A program made the position numbers and the translations under genes. Positions 22,201 to 34,600 of a stretch of 49,012 nucleotides of DNA are shown piece by piece. This DNA comes from Macrostomum lignano (Eukaryota). A model generated the notes under the pieces. The model saw only the letters and a list, made by a program, of their open reading frames with translations, made no database searches and had not been told where the DNA came from. Each line of letters begins with the position of its first letter. Positions within the stretch are counted from its first letter, which is position 1. The stretch spans positions 1 through 49,012 of the forward strand of contig NIVC01001543.1 of the NCBI GenBank assembly GCA_002269645.1, given 5' to 3'.

Positions 22201-25200
22201 CTCTCTCCCCTCTACCATCTACCCCCTCTCCCCTCTACCATCTAACCTCTCTCCCCTCTACCATCTACCCTCTCTCCCCTCTACCATCTACCCTCTCTCC
22301 CCTCTACCATCTACCCCCTCTCCCCTCTACCATCTAACCTCTCTCCCCTCTACCATCTACCCCCTCTCCCCTCTACCATCTACCCTCTCTCCCTCTACCA
22401 TCTACCCCCTCTCCCCTCTACCATCTAACCTCTCTCCCCTCTACCATCTACCCCTCTCCCCTCTACCATCTAACCTCTCTCCCCTCTACCATCTACCCTC
22501 TCTCCCCTCTACCATCTACCCTCTCTCCCTCTACCATCTACCCTCTCTCCCCTCTACCATCTAACCTCTCTCCCCTCTACCATCTACCCTCTCTCCCCTC
22601 TACCATCTACCCCCTCTCCCCTCTACCATCTACCCCCTCTCCCCTCTACCATCTAACCTCTCTTCCCTCTACCATCTACCCCTCCCCTCTACCATCTAAC
22701 CTCTCTCCCCTCTACCATCTACCCTCTCTCCCCTCTACCATCTACCCTCTCTCCCCTCTACCATCTACCCTCTCTCCCCTCTACCATCTACCCTCTCTCC
22801 CCTCTACCATCTACCCCCTCTCCCCTCTACCATCTAACCTCTCTCCCCTCTACCATCTAACCTCTCTCCCCTCTACCATCTACCCCCTCTCCCCTCTACC
22901 ATCTAACCTCTCTCCCTCTACCATCTACCCTCTCTCCCCTCTACCATCTACCCTCTCTCCCCTCTACCATCTACCCTCTCTCCCCTCTACCATCTACCCC
23001 CTCTCCCCTCTACCATCTAACCTCTCTCCCCTCTACCATCTACCCTCTCTCCCCTCTACCATCTACCCTCTCTCCCCTCTACCATCTACCCTCTCTCCCC
23101 TCTACCATCTACCCTCTCTCCCCTCTACCATCTACCCTCTCTCCCCTCTACCATCTACCCTCTCTCCCCTCTACCATCTACCCTCTCTCCCCTCTACCAT
23201 CTACCCTCTCTCCCCTCTACCATCTACCCTCTCTCCCCTCTACCATCTACCCTCTCTCCCCTCTACCATCTACCCTCTCTCCCCTCTACCATCTACCCTC
23301 TCTCCCCTCTACCATCTACCCTCTCTCCCCTCTACCATCTACCCTCTCTCCCCTCTACCATCTACCCTCTCTCCCCTCTACCATCTACCCTCTCTCCCCT
23401 CTACCATCTACCCTCTCTCCCCTCTACCATCTACCCTCTCTCCCCTCTACCATCTACCCTCTCTCCCCTCTACCATCTACCCTCTCTCCCTCTACCATCT
23501 ACCCTCTCTCCCCTCTACCATCTACCCTCTCTCCCCTCTACCATCTACCCTCTCTCCCCTCTACCATCTACCCTCTCTCCCCTCTACCATCTACCCTCTC
23601 TCCCCTCTACCATCTACCCTCTCTCCCCTCTACCATCTACCCTCTCTCCCCTCTACCATCTACCCCCTCTCCCCTCTACCATCTAACCTCTCTCCCCTCT
23701 ACCATCTACCCCCTCTCCCCTCTACCATCTAACCTCTCTCCCCTTTACCATCTACCCTCTCTCCCCTCTACCATCTAACCTCTCTCCCCTCTACCATCTA
23801 CCCTCTCTCCCCTCTACCATCTACCCCCTCTCCCCTCTACCATCTAACCTCTCTCCCCTCTACCATCTAACCTCTCTCCCCTCTACCATCTACCCCCTCT
23901 CCCCTCTACCATCTAACCTCTCTCCCCTCTACCATCTACCCTCTCTCCCCTCTACCATCTACCCTCTCTCCCCTCTACCATCTACCCTCTCTCCCCTCTA
24001 CCATCTACCCCCTCTCCCCTCTACCATCTAACCTCTCTCCCCTCTACCATCTACCCTCTCTCCCCTCTACCATCTACCCTCTCTCCCCTCTACCATCTAC
24101 CCTCTCTCCCCTCTACCATCTACCCTCTCTCCCCTCTACCATCTACCCTCTCTCCCCTCTACCATCTACCCTCTCTCCCCTCTACCATCTACCCTCTCTC
24201 CCCTCTACCATCTACCCTCTCTCCCCTCTACCATCTACCCTCTCTCCCCTCTACCATCTACCCTCTCTCCCCTCTACCATCTACCCTCTCTCCCCTCTAC
24301 CATCTACCCTCTCTCCCCTCTACCATCTACCCTCTCTCCCCTCTACCATCTACCCTCTCTCCCCTCTACCATCTACCCTCTCTCCCCTCTACCATCTACC
24401 CTCTCTCCCCTCTCTCCCCTCTACCATCTACCCTCTCTCCCCTCTACCATCTACCCTCTCTCCCCTCTACCATCTACCCTCTCTCCCCTCTACCATCTAC
24501 CCTCTCTCCCCTCTACCATCTACCCTCTCTCCCCTCTACCATCTACCCTCTCTCCCCTCTACCATCTACCCTCTCTCCCCTCTACCATCTACCCTCTCTC
24601 CCTCTACCATCTACCCTCTCTCCCCTCTACCATCTACCCTCTCTCCCCTCTACCATCTACCCTCTCTCCCCTCTACCATCTACCCTCTCTCCCCTCTACC
24701 ATCTACCCTCTCTCCCTCTACCATCTACCCTCTCTCCCTCTACCATCTACCCTCTCTCCCCTCTACCATCTACCCTCTCTCCCCTCTACCATCTACCCTC
24801 TCTCCCCTCTACCATCTACCCTCTCTCCCCTCTACCATCTACCCTCTCTCCCCTCTACCATCTACCCTCTCTCCCCTCTACCATCTAACCTCTCTCCCCT
24901 CTACCATCTACCCCTCTCCCCTCTACCATCTAACCTCTCTCCCCTCTACCATCTACCCTCTCTCCCCTCTACCATCTAACCTCTCTCCCCTCTACCATCT
25001 ACCCTCTCTCCCCTCTACCATCTACCCCTCTCCCCTCTACCATCTAACCTCTCTCCCCTCTACCATCTAACCTCTCTCCCCTCTACCATCTACCCCTCTC
25101 CCCTCTACCATCTAACCTCTCTCCCCTCTACCATCTACCCTCTCTCCCCTCTACCATCTACCCTCTCTCCCTCTACCATCTACCCTCTCTCCCCTCTACC

Positions 25201-28200
25201 ATCTACCCCTCTCCCCTCTACCATCTAACCTCTCTCCCCTCTACCATCTACCCTCTCTCCCCTCTACCATCTACCCTCTCTCCCCTCTACCATCTACCCT
25301 CTCTCCCCTCTACCATCTACCCTCTCTCCCCTCTACCATCTACCCTCTCTCCCCTCTACCATCTACCCTCTCTCCCCTCTACCATCTACCCTCTCTCCCC
25401 TCTACCATCTACCCTCTCTCCCCTCTACCATCTACCCTCTCTCCCCTCTACCATCTACCCTCTCTCCCCTCTACCATCTACCCTCTCTCCCCTCTACCAT
25501 CTACCCTCTCTCCCCTCTACCATCTACCCTCTCTCCCCTCTACCATCTACCCTCTCTCCCCTCTACCATCTACCCTCTCTCCCTTCTACCATCTACCCTC
25601 TCTCCCCTCTACCATCTACCCTCTCTCCCCTCTACCATCTACCCTCTCTCCCTCTACCATCTACCCTCTCTCCCCTCTACCATCTACCCCTCTCCCCTCT
25701 ACCATCTAACCTCTCTCCCCTCTACCATCTACCCTCTCTCCCCTCTACCATCTAACCTCTCTCCCCTCTACCATCTACCTCTCTCCCCTCTACCATCTAC
25801 CCCCTCTCCCTCTACCATCTAACCTCTCTCCCCTCTACCATCTAACCTCTCTCCCCTCTACCATCTACCCCTCTCCCCTCTACCATCTAACCTCTCTCCC
25901 CTCTACCATCTACCCTCTCTCCCCTCTACCATCTACCCTCTCTCCCCTCTACCATCTACCCTCTCTCCCCTCTACCATCTACCCTCTCTCCCCTCTACCA
26001 TCTAACCTCTCTCCCCTCTACCATCTACCCTCTCTCCCCTCTACCATCTACCCCTCTCCCCTCTACCATCTAACCTCTCTCCCCTCTACCATCTAACCTC
26101 TCTCCCCTCTACCATCTACCCCTCTCCCCTCTACCATCTACCTCTCTCCCCTCTACCATCTACCCTCTCTCCCCTCTACCATCTACCCTCTCTCCCCTCT
26201 ACCATCTACCCTCTCTCCCCTCTACCATCTACCCCTCTCCCCTCTACCATCTACCTCTCTCCCCTCTACCATCTACCCTCTCTCCCCTCTACCATCTACC
26301 CTCTCTCCCCTCTACCATCTACCCTCTCTCCCCTCTACCATCTACCCTCTCTCCCCTCTACCATCTACCCTCTCTCCCCTCTACCATCTACCCTCTCTCC
26401 CCTCTACCATCTACCCTCTCTCCCCTCTACCATCTACCCTCTCTCCCCTCTACCATCTACCCTTTCTCCCCTATACCATCTACCCTCTCTCCCCTCTACC
26501 ATCTACCCTCTCTCCCCTCTACCATCTACCCTTTCTCCCCTATACCATCTACCCTCTCTCCCCTCTATCATCTACCCTCTCTCCCCTCTACCATCTACCC
26601 TCTCTCCCCTCTACCATCTACCCTTTCTCCCCTATACCATCTACCCTCTCTCCCCTCTACCATCTACCCTCTCTCCCCTCTACCATCTACCCTCTCTCCC
26701 CTATACCATCTACCCTCTCTCCCTCTACCATCTACCCTCTCTCCCCTCTACCATCTACCCTCTCTCCCCTCTACCATCTACCCTCTCTCCCCTCTACCAT
26801 CTACCCTTTCTCCCCTCTACCATCTACCCTCTCTCCCCTCTACCATCTACCCTTTCTCCCCTCTACCATCTACCTCTCTCCCCTCTACCATCTACCCTCT
26901 CTCCCCTCTACCATCTACCCTCTCTCCCCTCTACCATCTACCCTCTCTCCCCTCTACCATCTACCCTCTCTCCCCTCTACCATCTACCCTCTCTCCCCTC
27001 TACCATCTACCCTTCTCCCCTCTACCATCTACCCTCTCTCCCCTCTACCATCTACCCTCTCTCCCCTCTACCATCTACCCTCTCTCCCCTCTACCATCTA
27101 CCCTCTCTCCCCTCTACCATCTACCCTCTCTCCCCTCTACCATCTACCCTCTCTCCCCTCTACCATCTACCCTCTCTCCCCTCTACCATCTACCCTCTCT
27201 CCCCTCTACCATCTACCCTCTCTCCCCTCTACCATCTACCCTCTCTCCCCTCTACCATCTACCCTCTCTCCCCTCTACCATCTACCCTCTCTCCCCTCTA
27301 CCATCTACCCTCTCTCCCCTCTACCATCTACCCTCTCTCCCCTCTACCATCTACCCTCTCTCCCCTCTACCATCTACCCTCTCTCCCCTCTACCATCTAC
27401 CCTCTCTCCCCTCTACCATCTACCCTCTCTCCCCTCTACCATCTACCCTCTCTCCCCTCTACCATCTACCCTCTCTCCCCTCTACCATCTACCCTCTCTC
27501 CCCTCTACCATCTACCCTCTCTCCCCTCTACCATCTACCCTCTCTCCCCTCTACCATTTACCCTACTCTCTCCCTCTACCATCTCTACCATCTACCCTCT
27601 CTCCCCTCTACCATCTACCCTCTCTCCCCTCTACCATTTACCCAATTTCCCGCCAATTAGAAAAGCAGTCTCACCTGCTGCCCCCTAGACAGCAGAAAGG
27701 TGAGCGGCACTCCAGTGACCCTGGCCATCTCCATATAGTTAACCAGGCACATGAGCTTATCCATAAGCCTCAAAGGCAGGTAGGCATCCTTGAGACAATA
27801 GACAGCCAGCCTGCGCCTCGTCTGCTCGTTGCCATTCTGCAGTTCGGTGATAATGGAATGCTGCACATCCTCCTTCTGCTCGTGCAGGAAATGATAGGAC
27901 ACTGCGTTGAGCGAATAGCTGCGCAGCTTGTAGTCTCGAAATAGAATCTGCAACAGGTCAAGCTGGACCCGGCCCTCCATATTCACCCATTTGTTCTCGC
28001 GGCGGCCCATCTGCTTGGATTGGATCTGGGCCTCGCGAATGGTGGACTTAGTGGCCGAGATTCGGCCTAAGAATGGGAATTGTTGCACTTTCAGAGTGGC
28101 GGCCCGTTTCAACAGGTAGGGCATGTCGAAGTTCTGAATGTTGTAGCCGGTGATCACGTCCGGGTCAACGTCGCGAACGAAGGCCGACCAGGCTGCTAGG

Positions 28201-31200
28201 AGGTCCGACTCGGTCTTGAAGGACAGCACCTGCGTGAGTTGGGGTTAGGGTTGGAGGACTTGGAGATTAGTATATATCACAGGAATTTATTAATGAAATT
28301 TGGATATTTTCTTGGGGGGGGGGGTAAACTTGAGGATTGGATTAATTATAGGGATCAGAGACCGATTGCACCTGGGAAGAGATGGGGATTAATTATAGGG
28401 ATGAGAGATCGGATTACACCTGGGAAGAGATGGGGATTAATTATAGGGATCAGAGATCGGATTACACCTGGGAAGAGATAGGGATTAATTATAGGGATCA
28501 GAGATTGATTGCACCTGGGAAGAGATGGGGATTAATTATAGGGATCAGAGATTGATTGCACCTGGGAAGAGATGGGGATTAATTATAGGGATCAGAGACC
28601 GATTACACCTGGGAAGAGATAGGGATTAATTATAGGGATCAGAGATCGGATTACACCTGGGAAGAGATGGGGATTAATTATAGGGATCAGAGATTGATTG
28701 CACCTGGGAAGAGATGGGGATTAATTATAGGGATCAGAGATTGATTGCACCTGGGAAGAGATGGGGATTAATTATAGGGATCAGAGATTGATTGCACCTG
28801 GGAAGAGATGGGGATTAGTTATAGGGATCAGAGATTGATTGCACCTGGGAAGAGATGGGGATTAGTTATAGGGATCAGAGATTGATTGCACCTGGGAAGA
28901 GATGGGGATTAATTATAGGGATCAGAGATTGATTGCACCTGGGAAGAGATGGGGATTAGTTATAGGGATCAGAGATTGATTGCACCTGGGAAGAGATGGG
29001 GATTAGTTATAGGGATCAGAGATTGATTGCACCTGGGAAGAGATGGGGATTAATTATAGGGATCAGAGATTGATTGCACCTGGGAAGAGATGGGGATTAA
29101 TTATAGTGATCAGAGATTGATTGCACCTGGGAAGAGATGGGGATTAGTTATAGGGATCAGAGATTGATTGCACCTGGGAAGAGATGGGGATTAGTTATAG
29201 GTATCAGAGATCGACTGCACCTGGGAAGAGATGGGGATTAGTTATAGGGATCAGAGATCGGATTACACCTGGGAAGGGAGTGGGATTTCGGGGATCAAGC
29301 AAGACAGTAGCTAAAACACACCTGAGAGCCAACAATGGAAGCGCAGGTGCCCAAGGTGAAGACATTCCGAATGAACGGGTCGGTCTCGCCGTGCCGCACC
29401 ACCATGTTGGCAATCTGGATGACTGGATCCCGCTCGGGTTCGGGGAACACCCCGCGCCTGCCAGCGCATTCGATATCGAAGCTGAGAATTCTCAGCGGGG
29501 CCACTTTGCTCCAGACGCCTTCGGCTGGGTGCGCCACCACATCGGACCAGGAGGCCACGTCGGCTTCGAGCTGGCAGCGCGACTGAGGCGCCAAGCGGTT
29601 CTCCTTCTCGCGCAGGGTGTACTTGCCCGCCGGCAGCTCCACCTGGTGAGCACAGGAAAGCACATTATGTTGAAACACAAAATAAAATAAAATGCACATG
29701 CTTATAACAAAGAAAGCATATGATATACACATGTTTAAAACAGGACAACACATAATATGCACATGCTTAACACACGAAAACACATGATATACACATGATA
29801 AACATATGGTAAACACAAGAAAGCACATCAAATACGCATGCTAAACACACAAAAATACATAAAAAATACACAGGATAAACACAAGAGAGCACATCAAATA
29901 CGCATGCTAAACACACGAAAATACATTAAAAATACACATGATAAACAATCACAACTCACCCAGCAACAACCAACCAGTCCGGTATCCACCATAAACCTGA
30001 TCTCAAAATCGATATTAGCCTCATACAGGCTGAAGCAGTGAGAGCCGCGGCCCTGCTGCCAGGAGAACCCCTGCTCCAGCAGCCTCTTAGCCGGCGCCAT
30101 CAGCCGCTGCAGCGCTACGGTCACCCGTAGAAACGGCTGCTTCCTGTTCCTATGGAAACCGTAGATGCTTTCCTTATCAACCAGCCTGACGGCAACCACG
30201 GCTTCAACAATTCCCTCGCGATTCCCGCGCAGATCTTTGAGCACAGCCTGATTGAGCGCCTGCTTAAACGAATGACAATCGGCAGGCGAGAAGCCCTCAG
30301 GCGCGGGCACAAAGAAGTAGGGATTGAATCCGTGCACGTGCACCAGGACTGAGTGCCCGGCCTCGGTGATGCCGTACATGCGGACTACGGGGCTGGCGCC
30401 GGAGCCCGAGCCAGCCGCAGGCAGGGTGTAGCAGTCCAAGTCCATCTGCTGGAACATCAGCGGCTGGGTGGCCGGGTCTGCGGCATGCGGCAGCGGCGCC
30501 CGGCGCCATTTCTTGGCATCTGCGCCGGCGCTAGCCGCCGCTGCAGAGGCGGCGTCAGCGTCGATGATCGCAGCGACATCGGCGGCGTCGGCGGCTTCGG
30601 CTGCGGCGGCGTCCGCCTCCTCCTCGAACATGGCCAGCTCCTGGGGAGTTTTTCACAGGATTTATTAAGCTGAAGGCAACTAATGTCTTTAAATCCCTTG
30701 ATCCCGCGTCTTCAAGTTCCTGACTAAGTTTCTTGAAAGTCCTCTGATTCCATTACTGTAGGTCCTTGATCTAATATATTTTAGTTACTGATCCAACATC
30801 TCAAAGCCTTTGGTCCATCCATCCTGTGACACGAGATTAGGGACTTGAAGACAGGATTAAGGGACTAGAAGACATTTGATCAAGGGACTAGAAGACACTG
30901 GATCAAGGGACTAGAAGACACGGGATCAAGGGACTTAGAAAACACGGGATCAAGGGAACTAGAAGACACGGGATCAAGGGACTAGAAGACACGGGATCAG
31001 GGAACTAGAAGACACGGGATCAAGGGACTAGAAGACACGGGATCAGGACCATGACACGAGCAGCTAAAAACATGAGAAAATGTTCACACCGACAGACCAC
31101 ACCACAGCAGTGGTAGCAGCTCCCCTGAGCAATCACCATAGCAACCACCAACCTGCTCAAAAGTGGACCTGCCGTAATCTTCGTCATCATCGTCATCATC

Positions 31201-31269
31201 GTTAAATCGACGTCGCTTTGCTGCGCTGGCGGCTCCGCCTTGCTGCTTCTGAGAACCGCGACCGGACAT
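16223..31269 (-). CDS. POLD1: DNA polymerase delta catalytic subunit, 9 exons (31269-31153, 30640-29960, 29642-29322, 28229-27675, 20573-20178, 19392-19022, 17845-17629, 17398-16913, 16420-16223), about 1113 aa
   Basis: Exonuclease motifs [10 protein letters not shown] and [13 protein letters not shown], plus YCLKDAYLP. Polymerase-B motifs [35 protein letters not shown] and [11 protein letters not shown]-terminal CysA (CLGC...CKHC) and CysB ([23 protein letters not shown]). All eight introns are GT-AG and the phases concatenate without stops. Confidence 0.98.
16460..16900. repeat. 27-bp minisatellite (GTATCAAATGAAGAATTCTACCGACAT; CCGATATGTATCGA family) in POLD1 intron 8
   Basis: Period 27 in the core, with degenerate flanks. 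Confidence 0.9.
17865..18990. repeat. 24-bp minisatellite (GGCGATTCTCAGGTGAGATTCAGG) in POLD1 intron 6
   Basis: Period 24; each unit contains the hairpin TCTCA-GG-TGAGA. Confidence 0.95.
19395..19950. repeat. 23-bp minisatellite (CTGGGATTTGAGGTCTAGTCTCA) in POLD1 intron 5
   Basis: Period 23; abuts the acceptor. Confidence 0.95.
20933..27640. repeat. ~6.7-kb 23-bp pyrimidine-rich array (CCATCTACCCTCTCTCCCCTCTA), about 290 copies, in POLD1 intron 4
   Basis: Period 23; essentially no G on the + strand. Confidence 0.98.
28335..29275. repeat. 47-bp minisatellite (GGGATTAATTATAGGGATCAGAGATTGATTGCACCTGGGAAGAGATG) in POLD1 intron 3
   Basis: Period 47-48, about 20 copies. Confidence 0.95.
29665..29945. 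repeat. Degenerate A/C-rich repeat (AAACACATGAT-like) in POLD1 intron 2
   Basis: Recurrent cacatg/aaacac units and a duplicated gcacatcaaatacgcatgctaaacacac. Confidence 0.7.
30840..31050. repeat. 23-bp minisatellite (GACTAGAAGACACGGGATCAAGG) in POLD1 intron 1
   Basis: Period 23 (30901, 30924). Confidence 0.92.
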
Positions 31270-31289
31270 GTCCGACTGTTGCGAGACAG

Positions 31290-31321
31290 TGACTATAGGA
31301 GCTTGCCGATGTACTTTTATA
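31290..31321 (-). promoter_or_regulatory. Candidate TATA box (TATAAAAG at 31321) + Inr-like TCACTG (A at 31290), overlapping an AG acceptor, upstream of POLD1
   Basis: The 31-nt TATA-to-A spacing fits a core promoter. The same site also reads ctcctatag|tcact as a 3' splice or trans-splice acceptor. Confidence 0.3.
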
Positions 31322-31634
31322 TAGATTAGTTGGGATTCGAGCAGGAATTGCGGTGAAATTTATTAATTGCCAATAAAATTGAGCTTTTATAGTCACAGAA
31401 GACCTATCAAGACATACTTAAAGGAAAGTTGCAAACCAGACGATGAAATTACCAACAGCTGACAAAAATGTTCGAAGTTTATTTATAATTAATTATTACT
31501 ACTATTAGTAATATTATTAGAGTAAACGCATTTTTCAAAGATGTTGCAAATTGAAACAACAGAGCCATAATTTAGTAACTAATTAGCTAGCATTGAGAAC
31601 CTGTTCAGACTGTCTACTCAAACTTCAAGCTAAC

Positions 31635-34600
31635 TCAAGGTCGATAAGGTCGCCCGGAACGATTCGGTGGGTTTGCACCGCCGCTTTGATGCCGCTTAAA
31701 GTACATCTCCAGAGCCAGGGCCAGCCGGTGCAGTTGCACAGGCAGAACATTCTGCCTGTCAGCTTCGTCAGGCAGGAACTCCAGCGGATGAACATTGATC
31801 TCGGACTCGACCTCGTGCAATTCCAGATCGCTCGAACAGGTGAGCATCGCCGAACTGGGATTGTCGGCGGCAGCGGCTGGAGCAACACCGACGCCAAACA
31901 GTGGCAGACGATCGGGATAGTCAACAGGCACGCACAGAGCCAGGAAGGCAATTCGCTGCTGACTGCAGCGAATGGCAGCGGAGAAGAACAAATCCGACGG
32001 CAGTGCGAGCTCCTGCAACCTGGCTGTGCAGCTCAATTCACAATAGGCGTCGTAGCTGATGCGTTGCCAAGGACGCGACAAAGTGCAACTGGCGATGGGC
32101 GGCAGGCCAATTGCAGGCAGTTTGGTTGCTAAGTGACCGGCTGCCAGGTCCTCCAGCCGGGCCAGCAGCTGCAGGCGAGCATCGGCGCGACGTCGAAGCC
32201 GGCGAACGCAATCGGCGACGCCGCGAAACGACGTCTCGGAGTCCAGCACGATGTCGGTTGAGGCTGGGAGTAGGTTAGCGGGGGTGGGGCAGATGCCACT
32301 GAGGTCTCTCTTTTCTGACTGCTTACGGACCAATGCGAGCCCCCCAGGCTTTAGCCAATTCTGTGCAATCCTACTATCATAATTTTCGATACATATCGGC
32401 AATGTAGTCCGCCTATATTAAGAACATAATTTTCGATACATATCGGCAATCTAGTCGGCATTTATTAAAAACACAATTTTCGATAAATATAGTCAATGTA
32501 GTCCGCCTATATTAAAAAGACAATTTTCGATACATATCGGCAATGTAGTCCGCTTATATTAAAAACACAATTTTCGATACATATCGGCAATCTAGTCGGC
32601 CTATGTTAAGAACACAATTGTCGATACATATCGGCAATGGAGTCCGCCTATATTAAAAACACAATTTTTGATAAATATAGTCAATGTAGATGTAGTCCGC
32701 CTATATTAAAAACACAATTTTCGATACATATCGGCAGTGTAGTCCGCTTATATTAAAAACACAATTTTCGATACATATCGGCAATCTAGTCGGCCTATGT
32801 TAAGAACACAATTTTCGATACATATCGGCAAATCTACTTGACAAAGAGGTAGGCCTACCTTTGCTATCGGCCCCGCTCTGACAGACAATGCCGGCCAACC
32901 GCTGGGCCCAGCCGTAGGCCAGGCCGACATCTCGCCGACGGAGCCAGAGAAAATCATCTCCAACGCCTCCAAGGGCGTGCCTGACGGCGTAGCCGGGAGC
33001 CCGTCGGGCATCGTCGCCGGGGTACAGACAGTCCAGCAGGCGCTGCATGTCGCTGTCCGCCCCAGTGCCGCCGGCGTCATCAGCAATAATCAACGAATTT
33101 TTAGAGCTAAACGCTGCAGGCGCCGGTTCAATAGTCACGTGACGCACTGTCACAACTCTGCAGCCGGTCAGGTAGTAGAACTGCAGCGACAGGCGCCTGT
33201 CCGGACAGCTGGGCACGGACAGGCTCAGCCGGACACTCAGCGGGTGCGGGCTGAGCAGCTGGCGGACTGCCGACTCCTCGGCGCCGCTGTCAGTCCCAGC
33301 CTCTTCTTCATCATCAGCTTCATCGTGGCCTCTCTTGCCGGCCGACTTTTTACTCTTGGAATTATTGCCAGATTTCATCTTGTCTTTCTTTGTCTTCTTC
33401 TTTTTCTTCTTGCTTTTAGCCAGCTCTTCTTCTTCATCGTCTTCATCTTCAAAGGCCGGGTCTTTGTTGCCGACTTTGCCGCCGCAGCCGGCCGTCTTTG
33501 TCGGGTCTGCAGAGCTGGCCGATTTCAATCGGTCAAGCTCGGCCTGACGAATAGCAGCGGCTTCGTCTTGATCGCCGATTATTTCAACCTGCGATTGACA
33601 TGGTAGAAAGGTAGTTAGTGAAATTTAGTGTATTTAGATTACCTTTCGATACATATCGGTATACACGTTCCAGTAACAAATTTAAACCAGCAGCTACACA
33701 TTTTTTATAAAAAACCGACAGGAATTCTAAAAATGATATAATTTTCGATACATATCGGCAAAGTATTTGATGCAGTTTCAATAGTCAATACGTATAATGA
33801 AAAAATAATTTAGTTTAAATAATTATATTGAACATATATTAGGAACCATTTATGTATTTATTTAATATAATTTTCGATACATATCGGCACCATTGGCGAC
33901 GATAATAAACCCAATTTCGGATGGATATCGGCTCCACTGACACCTTTTACATTAGATCCGATTTTCGATACATATCGGCACCATCGACGATGATATTAAA
34001 CCCTCGATACATATCGGCACCATCGACGATGATATTAAACCCTCGATACATATAGGCACCATCGACGCTGATATTAAACCCTCGATACATATCGGCATCA
34101 TCGACGCTGATATTAAACCCTGGATACATATCGGCATCGACGCTGATATATATATGCACTATTCACAAATATATTATAATTTCGATACATATCGGCATTA
34201 TTGACAACTATACTTAAAACCAATTTTCGATACATATCGGCACCAAACGCAGCACTAGTAATTAAAATACTAAGACTAACCAGCATAGCAGGGGGTTTAT
34301 CGGCATCATCCTCGCCTAGACAGCCGCTGTCAGCATAGGCGCTCAGCTGACAGTAGAGCAGGTACAGCGGCGCCGGCAGCAGTTTAGCGGCAGACTCGGC
34401 CTTCCATCGAGCATTGGCGCTGGCGCCTGGGCCGGAGTCCAAACCGAGCGCCGATTCCACCGGCTCGGCCGCTTTGGCCACCGTCTCCAGCAGCGGCGCC
34501 AGCGAGTGAAGTCGACGACGCTTCTCGGCGATGTCGGCCTGAACAGCGGCAGCTTCTCGTTTGCCGGCACGGAGTTGCTTAGCCAGCTGTTCGCGCTGCT

